A DNA stretch of 32,000 nucleotides, from the NCBI RefSeq assembly GCF_001457615.1, contig NZ_LN831024.1, forward strand, positions 5,580,001-5,612,000. The letters run 5' to 3'. Under the pieces are notes generated by a model. It ran no database searches. It was given only the letters and a program-made list of their open reading frames with translations, and had not been told where the DNA came from. The position numbers were made by a program, and so were the translations under genes. Of this stretch, positions 1 to 9,701 are shown one piece after another (the first letter of the stretch is position 1; each line of letters starts with the position of its first letter). This DNA comes from Pseudomonas aeruginosa (GTDB lineage Bacteria > Pseudomonadota > Gammaproteobacteria > Pseudomonadales > Pseudomonadaceae).

Positions 1-378
1 GGAGTCGAGCTTGAGCCAGACGTTGAGTGGAATATCCAGGCCGGCGGCGAGGAACGCCTCGCCCTGTTCCGCGCCCTGGATCACCAGGTCCAGGCGCAAT
101 TGCCCGGCGAGGGCGTATTCGCTCGCCTCGAAGCAGCCTTCCAGCAACAGGATGCGCGCGCTGGCGTGCAAGGCGCGGACTTCCGCGGCCTCCTCCAGGC
201 AGGCCACGGCGAAGCCATCGGCATCGTCGTGCAACGCGGTAACCACTTCGCGCGCACCGTGGCCATAGGCGTTCGCCTTGACCACCGCGAACGCCTGGCG
301 CTGCGGCGCGCAGCGCTTGGCCAGGGCATAGTTGTGGCGAATGGCGGAAAGGTCGACGGTGGCAACGAGGGGACGCAT
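1..378 (-). CDS. alr: Alanine racemase, N-terminal part (gene runs off the left edge)
   Basis: Minus-strand translation from the CAT at 376-378 reads MRPLVATVDLSAIRHNYALAKRC...AFAVVKANAYGHG, including the PLP-lysine motif of alanine racemases (VKANAYGHG). The supplied ORF track does not show this frame fully because it is truncated. Confidence 0.93.
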   Translation of the reverse strand, partial: MRPLVATVDLSAIRHNYALAKRCAPQRQAFAVVKANAYGHGAREVVTALHDDADGFAVACLEEAAEVRALHASARILLLEGCFEASEYALAGQLRLDLVIQGAEQGEAFLAAGLDIPLNVWLKLDS

Positions 379-446
379 GGCATCGGGTCCTGCAACTGAA
401 ACGGGTGCCTATGGTAAGGCGCCCGCCGGGCAAGACCCAAGCCGGG

Positions 447-1841
447 TCATTCGTCCTCGAAGTTGTACATGCCGGCGGCAAGGTTCTCGAAGCGCGTGTA
501 TTTGCCGATGAAGGCCAGGCGCACCGTACCGATCGGACCGTTACGCTGCTTGCCGATGATGATTTCGGCGACGCCCTTGAACTCGGTCTCCGGGTGGTAC
601 ACCTCGTCGCGGTAGACGAACATGATCACGTCGGCGTCCTGCTCGATCGCCCCGGATTCGCGCAAGTCGGAGTTCACCGGGCGCTTGTTGGGTCGCTGCT
701 CCAGGGAGCGGTTGAGCTGCGACAGGGCAATCACCGGGCAGTTGAATTCCTTCGCCAGGGCCTTCAGCGAGCGGGAAATCTCGGAAATCTCGTTGGTCCG
801 GTTGTCGCCGCTGGAGCCGGGTATCTGCATCAGTTGCAGGTAGTCGATCATGATCAGCGCCAGGTCGCCGTGCTCGCGCACCAGGCGACGGGTCCGCGCG
901 CGCATTTCCGAGGGACTGATGCCAGCGGTATCGTCGATGAACAGCTTCTTGTCGTTGAGCAGGTTGATCGCCGAAGTCAGGCGCGGCCAGTCCTCGTCGT
1001 CGAGCTTGCCGGAACGCACCTTGGTCTGGTCGATACGCCCGAGCGACGAGAGCATACGCATCACGATCGAGTCGGAGGGCATCTCCAGGGAGTACACCAA
1101 CACGGCCTTGTCGGTGCGCATCACCGCGTTCTCGACCAGGTTCATGGCGAAGGTGGTCTTACCCATCGACGGACGCCCGGCGACGATGATCAGGTCGGCC
1201 GGCTGCAGGCCGCTGGTCTTCTCGTCGAGGTCGGTGAAACCGGTGGACACCCCGGTCAGCGCCTCGGTGGTGTTGAACAGGTAGTCGATGCGGTCGATGG
1301 TCTTGACCAGGATATCGCTGATCCCTACCGGCCCGCCGGTCTTCGGTCGCGCTTCGGCGATCTCGAAGATCTTCCGCTCGGCCTCGTCGAGGATCTCGTT
1401 GGCGCCGCGCCCTTCCGGGTGGAAGGCGCTGTCGGCGATCTCGTTGCTGATGCCGATCAGTTGGCGCAGGGTGGCGCGCTCGCGGATGATCTGCGCGTAG
1501 GCCTTGATGTTGGCGACCGAGGGAATGTTCTTCGCCAGTTCGCCGAGATAGGCCAGGCCGCCGACCTGGGCCAGTTGTCCTTCCTTCTCCAACTGCTCGG
1601 AGAGGGTCACCACGTCGATCGGCTGGTTGGCCTCGGCCAGCTTGTAGATGGCGCGGAAGATCAGGCGATGGTCATGGCGGTAGAAATCGCCGTCGGACAC
1701 CGAATCCGACACACGCTCCCAGGCGTTGTTGTCCAGCATCAGGCCACCCAGCACGGCCTGCTCGGCCTCGATCGAGTGCGGCGGCACCTTCAGGGCTGTG
1801 GTTTCCAGGTCGTATTGCTCGGGGCTGGTGATCTCGTTCAT
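447..1841 (-). CDS. dnaB: Replicative DNA helicase DnaB
   Basis: 464 aa from MNEITSPEQYDLETTALKVPPHSIEAEQAVLGG; Walker A-type AGRPSMGKTTFAMN, plus DYLQLM and ALSQLNRSLEQR motifs. The ORF track start at 1886 is 15 codons upstream of the likely start. Confidence 0.98.
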   Translation of the reverse strand: MNEITSPEQYDLETTALKVPPHSIEAEQAVLGGLMLDNNAWERVSDSVSDGDFYRHDHRLIFRAIYKLAEANQPIDVVTLSEQLEKEGQLAQVGGLAYLGELAKNIPSVANIKAYAQIIRERATLRQLIGISNEIADSAFHPEGRGANEILDEAERKIFEIAEARPKTGGPVGISDILVKTIDRIDYLFNTTEALTGVSTGFTDLDEKTSGLQPADLIIVAGRPSMGKTTFAMNLVENAVMRTDKAVLVYSLEMPSDSIVMRMLSSLGRIDQTKVRSGKLDDEDWPRLTSAINLLNDKKLFIDDTAGISPSEMRARTRRLVREHGDLALIMIDYLQLMQIPGSSGDNRTNEISEISRSLKALAKEFNCPVIALSQLNRSLEQRPNKRPVNSDLRESGAIEQDADVIMFVYRDEVYHPETEFKGVAEIIIGKQRNGPIGTVRLAFIGKYTRFENLAAGMYNFEDE

Positions 1842-1870
1842 AGACTCGACGCAAGAAAAAGGAACAGCGG

Positions 1871-1910
1871 AAAAAACAACGGGCACGGTGCCGTTGCCGG
1901 TACCGTGCCC
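1871..1910 (-). terminator. Likely intrinsic terminator between rplI and dnaB
   Basis: Minus strand: GGGCACGGTACCG-GCAA-CGGCACCGTGCCC (13 positions, one A/C mismatch), then GTTG and TTTTTT (1871-1876). Confidence 0.75.
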
Positions 1911-1969
1911 GATGTTAGCGGACTGCCGCGGACACGCATATGCCCGCCCAGCCCTACCGATCGGATCGC

Positions 1970-2416
1970 TTACTCAGCGACGATGATCAGCTTCAGAGTG
2001 GTTTCCACGTCGGTGTGCAGGTGCACGGCGACGTCGAACTCACCGGTGTTGCGCAGCGCGCCGTTGGGCAGGCGAACTTCGGCTTTTTCCAGCGGGTAAC
2101 CGGCAGCGGAAACGGCTTCGGCGATGTCGCGGGTGCCGATCGAACCGAACAGCTTGCCTTCGTCGCCAGCGTGGGCGCCGAGGGTTACCACCAGCTCGGA
2201 GAGCTGGGCAGCACGGGCTTCGGCAGCGGCCTTCTTCTCGGCGGCAGCCTTTTCCAGCTCGGCGCGGCGTGCTTCGAACGCAGCGACGTTCTCGGCGGTG
2301 GCGACGGTGGCCTTGCCCTGCGGCAGCAGGAAGTTACGGGCGTAACCGCCCTTGATGTTCACCTTGTCGCCCAGGTTGCCCAGGTTGGCGACTTTTTCCA
2401 GCAGGATGACTTCCAT
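1970..2416 (-). CDS. rplI: 50S ribosomal protein bL9
   Basis: 148 aa [36 protein letters not shown], typical L9 N-terminus. Confidence 0.98.
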
Positions 2417-2437
2417 TTGAGTCTTACCTCTTAACTT

Positions 2438-3307
2438 TTAACCTTCACCGTTCGTGGAACCCTGGCGCCGGGCCAGGCGTCCACGAAAATCAAACAGACT
2501 GTCGACAACCGCCAAAAGACAGATCAGGTTCCCCAGCAGCAATACAGCCAGGTACAGGCCCACCAGCCAACCACCCGCGAGGCGCTTCAGGGCGATCAGG
2601 CCATGCCCGAGCGCCACGCCGGCGATGATCAGCGGCACGCTGCACAACGGGCCGAGCACCGCGGCCTGCACTTCCAGCGCCGGGACCACGACGGCCCCCA
2701 GCAGCAGGATCACGGCAACCGCCGGCGCCAGCCGCAAACTCCGGAATTCGCGGCCGAAGCCGCCCGGGTTGTACAGCGAAGCCTGCCAGTACCGCGCGAG
2801 CATCAGGCAGAGCAGGCAGGTCACCTGCAGCGAGGAAGCCATGACCCCGGTCAGGGTCGGCACCAGCGCCACCTGCAACTTGTCCAGCTCTTCGCCCGAC
2901 AGCTGGGACTCCCCGCGAAGCTGGGTCAGGACCTTGGTGACTTCCGTCGCCAGGGCGCCGATCAGCTCGCTGGAGGTATGCCCCAGCACCAGCGCGAATA
3001 CCACGCCAACTGCAACACTGCCCAGCAGCACATGGCTCCAGGACGTGCTGGCGCGCAGGATCTGCGCCAGCGTCAGGGTACCGAGCAGGACCAGAAGGAT
3101 GCTCGGATCGCCCAGGTACCACCAGAACATCGCCGGTAGCACCGCCCAGGCCAGGACGCCGAAGGCGTCGCCGAATCCGCGCCGCAGCAGCACCAGGCTA
3201 CCGGCGGCGGCACTCAGCCAGAACAACAGTGGAACAACCGCGGAGCCTGCCACGGCGAGCGTGGCCTGCATGCGGCCGCGCATGGTGAACTCAGCCAGTG
3301 CGCGCAT
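2438..3307 (-). CDS. Multi-pass membrane protein, DUF2232-like, in the ribosomal protein operon
   Basis: 289 aa highly hydrophobic ORF between rpsR and rplI, co-directional with short gaps; position matches the conserved DUF2232 gene of pseudomonads. Confidence 0.8.
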   Translation of the reverse strand: MRALAEFTMRGRMQATLAVAGSAVVPLLFWLSAAAGSLVLLRRGFGDAFGVLAWAVLPAMFWWYLGDPSILLVLLGTLTLAQILRASTSWSHVLLGSVAVGVVFALVLGHTSSELIGALATEVTKVLTQLRGESQLSGEELDKLQVALVPTLTGVMASSLQVTCLLCLMLARYWQASLYNPGGFGREFRSLRLAPAVAVILLLGAVVVPALEVQAAVLGPLCSVPLIIAGVALGHGLIALKRLAGGWLVGLYLAVLLLGNLICLLAVVDSLFDFRGRLARRQGSTNGEG

Positions 3308-3343
3308 GCGATCTATCCCTTACCAGCGTTCGACTGCCCGATC

Positions 3344-3574
3344 TCAACGGCCGTGGCTGTCGGTGTAAGGAAGCAGGGCCAGGTAGCGGGCGCGCTTGAT
3401 AGCGGTCGCCAGCTGACGCTGGTACTTGGCCTTGGTGCCGGTGATACGGCTCGGAACGATCTTGCCGGTTTCGGAAACGTAGGCCTTCAGGGTGTTGAGA
3501 TCCTTGTAATCGATCTCTTTCACGCCTTCGGCGGTGAAGCGGCAGAACTTACGACGACGGAAGAAACGTGCCAT
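3344..3574 (-). CDS. rpsR: 30S ribosomal protein bS18
   Basis: 76 aa [25 protein letters not shown]...[23 protein letters not shown]. Confidence 0.98.
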   Translation of the reverse strand: MARFFRRRKFCRFTAEGVKEIDYKDLNTLKAYVSETGKIVPSRITGTKAKYQRQLATAIKRARYLALLPYTDSHGR

Positions 3575-3603
3575 GTGATTGGCTCCTCAATACTGGTCCG
3601 GAA

Positions 3604-4023
3604 TTACTCGTCAGCGTTATCGCTATCGCTGTTGTCGTCGCCATCGGCGCCTTCAGCGTTATCGTTCGGACGCTCACGACGCTCGCGACGCTCGTTGCGG
3701 CTTTCTTCAGCCTTGAGCATCTCGGACTGCTCGGTGACAGCTTCGTCGCGACGCATGACCAGGTTACGGATCACGGCATCGTTGTAACGGAAGTTGTCTT
3801 CCAGCTCAGCCAGGGCCTTGGCGCTGCACTCGACGTTCATCAGAACGTAGTGGGCCTTGTGCACGTTGTTGATGGCGTAGGCCAGCTGACGACGGCCCCA
3901 GTCTTCCAGACGGTGGATCTTGCCGCCGTCTTCTTCGATGGCCTTGGTGTAACGCTCGACCATGCCACCGACTTGTTCGCTCTGGTCCGGGTGAACCAGG
4001 AACACGATTTCGTAATGACGCAT
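3604..4023 (-). CDS. rpsF: 30S ribosomal protein bS6
   Basis: 139 aa [25 protein letters not shown]...[22 protein letters not shown] with acidic C-terminal tail. Confidence 0.98.
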
Positions 4024-4039
4024 AAATGCTCCTTACGGG

Positions 4040-4068
4040 TTGCAGCCTGCCGCAGAACGGTCAGGCAA
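4040..4068 (-). promoter_or_regulatory. Candidate leader hairpin of rpsF mRNA (possible S6:S18 binding site)
   Basis: Minus strand TTGCCTG-A-CCG-TTCTG-CGG-CAGGC-TG-CAA, about 16 nt upstream of the rpsF start codon. Confidence 0.45.
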
Positions 4069-4138
4069 GGAGTGAATGTTTTCTTGGCTTGCCTGGTGGA
4101 GAGGCGAACGAACGCCTGCCCGCGCGGCAAGGGGCGAC

Positions 4139-4167
4139 ATTCTAGAGAAGGGCAACCGGCGAAGCAA
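4139..4167 (-). promoter_or_regulatory. Probable sigma70 promoter of the rpsF-rpsR-DUF2232-rplI operon
   Basis: Minus strand TTGCTT-N17-TAGAAT, located downstream of rlmB and about 115 nt upstream of rpsF. Confidence 0.65.
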
Positions 4168-4205
4168 GGAAGATTGGCGAATATTTGTACAGCGGATGGA
4201 ATGGC

Positions 4206-4231
4206 GCGGGGCCGCGCCGCGGCGGCCCCGC
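4206..4231 (-). other. Perfect 10-bp all-GC hairpin immediately after rlmB
   Basis: GCGGGGCCGC-loop(6)-GCGGCCCCGC, 6 nt beyond the rlmB stop; no U-tract. Confidence 0.6.
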
Positions 4232-4237
4232 ACGCGC

Positions 4238-4984
4238 TCACTCCAGCGGGGTGCGCTGGCGGAGGATCTCGAACAGGCAGACGCCGGTGGCGACCGAGAC
4301 GTTCAGGCTGCTGACGCTGCCGGCCATCGGCAACCTGGCGAGGAAGTCGCAGTGCTCGCGGGTCAGCCGGCGCATGCCCTTGCCTTCCGCGCCCATCACC
4401 AGCACGGTCGGCCCCTTGAGGTCGAGCTGGTAGAGGGTCTTGTCCGCCTCGCCAGCGGTGCCGACCACCCACAGGCCGCGCTGCTGGAGCTTTTCCAGGG
4501 TACGCGCGAGGTTGGTCACCGCCACCAGCGGGATCACCTCGGCGGCGCCGCAAGCGACCTTGCGCACGGTGGCGTTGAGGGTCGCGGACTTGTCCTTGGG
4601 CACGATCACCGCCTGCACCCCCGCCGCATCGGCGGTACGCAGGCAGGCGCCGAGGTTGTGCGGATCGGTGACGCCATCCAGGGCCAGCAGGAGCGGCACG
4701 CCCTCGCTCCGCTCGAGCAGTTCCTCGAGCATGTTTTCGCCCCAGACCTGGCTGGGGCTGACTTCCGCGACCACGCCCTGGTGGACGCCTTCCGCCCACT
4801 CGTCGAGTTCGCGCCGATCGCGCTGCCCTACCGGAATACGGAACCCGGCGGCCAGCTCGGTGAGCACCTGGACCCGCGGATCATGCCGCCCCTCGGCCAG
4901 CCACAACTGCTTGACCCGCTTCGGGTGATGACGCAACAACGCTTCCACGGCATGCACGCCGTAGACCTTTTCCCACTGACTCAT
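4238..4984 (-). CDS. rlmB: 23S rRNA (guanosine-2'-O-)-methyltransferase RlmB (SpoU family)
   Basis: 248 aa; EKVYGVHAVEALLRHHPKRVKQLWLAE, DGVTDPHNLGACLRTADAAGVQAV, LVMGAEGKGMRRLTREHCD. Confidence 0.95.
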   Translation of the reverse strand: MSQWEKVYGVHAVEALLRHHPKRVKQLWLAEGRHDPRVQVLTELAAGFRIPVGQRDRRELDEWAEGVHQGVVAEVSPSQVWGENMLEELLERSEGVPLLLALDGVTDPHNLGACLRTADAAGVQAVIVPKDKSATLNATVRKVACGAAEVIPLVAVTNLARTLEKLQQRGLWVVGTAGEADKTLYQLDLKGPTVLVMGAEGKGMRRLTREHCDFLARLPMAGSVSSLNVSVATGVCLFEILRQRTPLE

Positions 4985-7695
4985 GACTTGGCCTTACGTT
5001 TGCGCGCCCCGGTGGCGGCCGGAGCGTTGTCGGCCTTCGGCTTGGAAGGCCCCTTGCGATGCTTGGTCGGCTTGCCCGGCTTGGCGGCAGCGGCGGGCTT
5101 GCCGTCCTTGGCCTTGCCCTTCGCGCTCTTGCCCGCAGGAACGACCTTGCCCTTCTTCCCGCCCTTGTCCTTGCCGCCGACACGCGCCTCGGCGAGCAGC
5201 GCCTGCTTGACCTCGCGACTCTTGCGCACGTCGGTGTTGCCGAGCATCTCCGCGGCCTGCGCCAGCAGCTCCGGCGCGACCGGCGGCAGCGCCTGCACCT
5301 TGCCGGCCTTGCGCCGCGGCACCACCGCGGCGTCGGGACTGGCCAGCGCCGGCTCCAGGTCGACCTCGGGCACGGATGCGCCCTTGCGCCCCTTCGGCGC
5401 CTTGCCGGCGTTCGTCGACTTGTCGCCGTTGCGCTTCTTGCGTCCGATCGGCGCGCTCAGCACGTTTCCGGCCAGCTCGAAATCGATCTTCCGCTCGTCC
5501 AGGTCGACCCGCGCCACTACCACTTCCGTGGTGTCGCCGAGACGGAAGCTGCGCCCGGTGCGTTCGCCGCTGAGGCGATGGTGCACGGCGTCGAAATGAT
5601 AGTAGTCGCCGGGCAGCGCGGTCACATGGACCAGGCCTTCGACGAAGATGTCGGTCAGCTCGACGAACAGACCGAAACCGGTGACCGCAGTGATTACGCC
5701 AGGGAAGGTCTCGCCGACCCGCTCGCGCATGTATTCGCACTTCAGCCAGTTGGTCACGTCGCGGGTGGCCTCGTCGGCACGCCGCTCGGTCATCGAGCAC
5801 TGCTCGCCCAACTGGTCCAGGCGCAATTCGTCGTACGGATAGATACGCGCCTTGGGCATGCTCGCCGCGCCGGCCCGCTGCACGTGCGGAGTCTCCGCCT
5901 TGGAGCGGATCACACTGCGGATCGCACGATGCACCAGCAGGTCCGGGTAGCGCCGGATCGGCGAGGTGAAGTGGGTGTAGGCGTCGTAGTTGAGGCCGAA
6001 GTGGCCATTGTTGTCCGGGCTGTACACCGCCTGGCTGAGCGAACGCAGCATGACCGTCTGGATCAGGCGGAAGTCGGCGCGGTCGTGGATCTTCTCCAGC
6101 AACTCCTGGTAGTCGCCCGGGGTCGGCGCGGCCTTGCCGCGGCCGAGGCTCAACCCCAGCTCGCCGAGGAACTGGCGCAGGTTGTTGAGTTTCTCCTGCG
6201 GCGGGCCGTCATGCACCCGGTACAACGCCGGGATGGCGTGCTTCTGCAGGAAGCGTGCGGTCGCCACGTTGGCGCAGAGCATGCACTCTTCGATCAGGCG
6301 GTGCGCATCGTTGCGCTGGGTCGGGCGGATTTCCGAGATCTTCCGGTCGGCGCCGAAGACGATGCGGGTTTCCTGGGTCTCGAAATCGATCGCGCCGCGG
6401 ACATGGCGGCCGGCCAGCAGCGCTTTATACAACGCATACAGCTGCTGCAGGTGCGGCACCACGCCGGGCAACTGCTGGCGCAGGTTCTCGGCCTCGACGC
6501 TGTCGGGATGCTCGAGCAACTGGCTGACCTTGGTGTAGGTCAGGCGGGCATGGGAGTGGATCACCGCTTCGTAGAACTGGTAGCCGGTCAGCTTGCCAGC
6601 CTTGGACAGGGTCATCTCGCAGACCATGGCCAGCCGGTCGACCAGCGGATTCAGCGAGCAGAGACCATTGGACAGCACCTCCGGCAGCATCGGGATCACC
6701 CGCTCGGGGAAATACACCGAGTTGCCGCGCCTGGCCGCCTCTTCGTCCAGCGCCGAACCGACCTTCACGTAGTGCGAGACATCGGCGATCGCCACGAACA
6801 GGCGCCAGCCGCCGCCGCGCTTGGCCTCGGCGTACACCGCGTCGTCGAAGTCGCGGGCATCCTCGCCGTCGATGGTGACGAAGGGCACCTGGCGCAGGTC
6901 GACACGCTTTTCCTTGTCCTTCTCCGCCACTTCCGGCTTGAGCTTGGCCGCTTCCTTCTCCACCGCGGCCGGCCAGACGTGGGGGATATCGTAGCTGCGC
7001 AGGGCGACTTCGATCTCCATCCCCGGCGCCATGTAGTCACCGAGCACCTCGACGATCTCGCCCTGGGCCTGGCGGTGGATGCTCGGCCATTGCTCGATGC
7101 GCACCTGGACGAACTGGTTGTGCCTGGCCTTGCCGGCCTTGCCCGGCGGGATCAGGACTTCCTGCTGGATCTTCGGGTTGTCCGCGACCACCACGCCGAT
7201 GCCGCTTTCCTCGAAGTAGCGGCCGACCACGATCTCGTGGGCCCGCTCGATCACCTCGACCAGCTGGCCTTCGCGGCGTCCGCGCCGGTCATGGCCGGAC
7301 ACCCGGGCCAGGGCGCGGTCGCCGTCGAACACCAGGCGCATCTGGGTGGGACTGAGGAACAGGTCGTCGCTGCCATCGTCGGGGATCAGGAAGCCGAAGC
7401 CGTCGCGGTGCCCGCTGATGCGGCCGCGGATCAGGTCCAGCTTGTCCACCGGCGCATAGGCGCCACGACGCGTATAGATAAGCTGCCCGTCGCGCTCCAT
7501 GGCGCGCAGGCGACGACGCAAGGCCTCTTCCGGCTCCTCGCCGGCGAGCCCGAACTCGTCGAGCAACTGGGAGCGAGTCGCCGGAGCGCCCCGCTCGGAT
7601 AGGTGAGCCAGGATCAGTTCCCGGCTGGGGATGGGGTTTTCGTACTTTTCCGCTTCGCGAGCGGCCTCGGGATCGAGGTTTTGCCAATCGGCCAT
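4981..7695 (-). CDS. rnr: Ribonuclease R with long Lys-rich C-terminal tail
   Basis: 904 aa; RNB signature VTIDGEDARDFDDAVYAE, HYVKVGSALDEEAARRGNSVYFP, S1 domain GVITAVTGFGLFVEL; stop overlaps the rlmB start. Confidence 0.97.
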   Translation of the reverse strand: MADWQNLDPEAAREAEKYENPIPSRELILAHLSERGAPATRSQLLDEFGLAGEEPEEALRRRLRAMERDGQLIYTRRGAYAPVDKLDLIRGRISGHRDGFGFLIPDDGSDDLFLSPTQMRLVFDGDRALARVSGHDRRGRREGQLVEVIERAHEIVVGRYFEESGIGVVVADNPKIQQEVLIPPGKAGKARHNQFVQVRIEQWPSIHRQAQGEIVEVLGDYMAPGMEIEVALRSYDIPHVWPAAVEKEAAKLKPEVAEKDKEKRVDLRQVPFVTIDGEDARDFDDAVYAEAKRGGGWRLFVAIADVSHYVKVGSALDEEAARRGNSVYFPERVIPMLPEVLSNGLCSLNPLVDRLAMVCEMTLSKAGKLTGYQFYEAVIHSHARLTYTKVSQLLEHPDSVEAENLRQQLPGVVPHLQQLYALYKALLAGRHVRGAIDFETQETRIVFGADRKISEIRPTQRNDAHRLIEECMLCANVATARFLQKHAIPALYRVHDGPPQEKLNNLRQFLGELGLSLGRGKAAPTPGDYQELLEKIHDRADFRLIQTVMLRSLSQAVYSPDNNGHFGLNYDAYTHFTSPIRRYPDLLVHRAIRSVIRSKAETPHVQRAGAASMPKARIYPYDELRLDQLGEQCSMTERRADEATRDVTNWLKCEYMRERVGETFPGVITAVTGFGLFVELTDIFVEGLVHVTALPGDYYHFDAVHHRLSGERTGRSFRLGDTTEVVVARVDLDERKIDFELAGNVLSAPIGRKKRNGDKSTNAGKAPKGRKGASVPEVDLEPALASPDAAVVPRRKAGKVQALPPVAPELLAQAAEMLGNTDVRKSREVKQALLAEARVGGKDKGGKKGKVVPAGKSAKGKAKDGKPAAAAKPGKPTKHRKGPSKPKADNAPAATGARKRKAKS

Positions 7696-7807
7696 TAGAG
7701 GTAGGTCACCTTTTCTTCTTTAGCGTTTGCTGCCATTGCTCTATTGAAGCGCGAAAACGCTTCGTCGGTCAGCTTCGGCAACAGAATAATTTTTATCGCA
7801 TCAGGGG

Positions 7808-7836
7808 TTTACAAGCAGAATACGTACTCGTATAGT
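7808..7836 (+). promoter_or_regulatory. Probable sigma70 promoter of the tRNA-Leu genes
   Basis: TTTACA (7808-7813)-N17-TATAGT (7831-7836), followed by GC-rich TCGCGCCCA. Confidence 0.65.
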
Positions 7837-7899
7837 TCGCGCCCACAACGTTGCTGAGACGTTGTAACACGGAAACGATGAGCGATCATCGACTCCAGT

Positions 7900-7986
7900 G
7901 CCCAGGTGGCGGAATTGGTAGACGCACTAGGTTCAGGTCCTAGCGGTGGCAACACCGTGGAAGTTCGAGTCTTCTCCTGGGCACCA
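7900..7986 (+). tRNA. tRNA-Leu, anticodon CAG, CCA encoded
   Basis: 87 nt GCCCAGG...CCTGGGCACCA; anticodon arm CTAGG-TTCAGGT-CCTAG; long variable arm; GTTCGAGTC T-arm. Confidence 0.97.
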
Positions 7987-8001
7987 TATTTCAGACAAAG
8001 C

Positions 8002-8020
8002 CGGTCATTAGACCGTTTTT
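8002..8020 (+). terminator. Weak terminator-like hairpin after the first tRNA-Leu
   Basis: CGGTC-ATTA-GACCG followed by TTTTTGTTT. Confidence 0.5.
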
Positions 8021-8115
8021 GTTTCAGCAGTTCAGCCACTACCAGGCATTGAAACTGCGACAAGGTTTGCAACACCCAAGTCGATGAGCGATCATCGCAC
8101 AATGCTGAAAAGCAT

Positions 8116-8202
8116 GCCCAGGTGGCGGAATTGGTAGACGCACTAGGTTCAGGTCCTAGCGGTGGCAACACCGTGGAAGTTCGAGTCTTCTCCTGGGCAC
8201 CA
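8116..8202 (+). tRNA. tRNA-Leu, anticodon CAG, second identical copy
   Basis: 87 nt identical to 7900-7986 by direct comparison. Confidence 0.97.
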
Positions 8203-8216
8203 TCTTCAAGACAAAC

Positions 8217-8239
8217 AGCCGAGCATCGCTCGGCTTTTT
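8217..8239 (+). terminator. Intrinsic terminator after the second tRNA-Leu
   Basis: AGCCGAGC-ATC-GCTCGGCT followed by TTTTG. Confidence 0.85.
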
Positions 8240-8306
8240 GTTGTCCGCGATTTTCCCTTCGAGCCACGCCACCCTCCCCCGCTCACCGCGGCGCCGACCC
8301 CGGAAA

Positions 8307-8334
8307 TGAAAACGGGCCGCATGCGCAGCCCGTT
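8307..8334 (-). terminator. Candidate intrinsic terminator for purA
   Basis: Minus strand AACGGGC-N10-GCCCGTT then TTCATTTCC, just past the purA stop. Confidence 0.55.
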
Positions 8335-8357
8335 CCGTCATCGCCCCGCTATCCGCC

Positions 8358-9701
<1,344 letters not shown>

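Noticed and set aside
447-1841. Possible intein in dnaB
   Set aside because: DnaB is a common intein host, but the frame is 464 aa and continuous through the helicase motifs with no insertion.
405-2099. 564-aa plus-strand ORF antisense to dnaB
   Set aside because: Shadow frame of dnaB that runs through the intergenic terminator; no domain signal.
5059-7602. 847-aa plus-strand open frame antisense to rnr
   Set aside because: Shadow ORF of a high-GC gene: it mirrors the rnr codon positions, has a low-complexity His/Arg/Leu-rich translation with no recognisable domain, and the opposite strand encodes an unambiguous RNase R.
7900-8202. Integrated element using the tRNA-Leu genes as an attachment site
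   Set aside because: tRNA genes are typical integration sites, but no integrase, att-like partial tRNA repeat or foreign cargo is present; the flanks are core genes.
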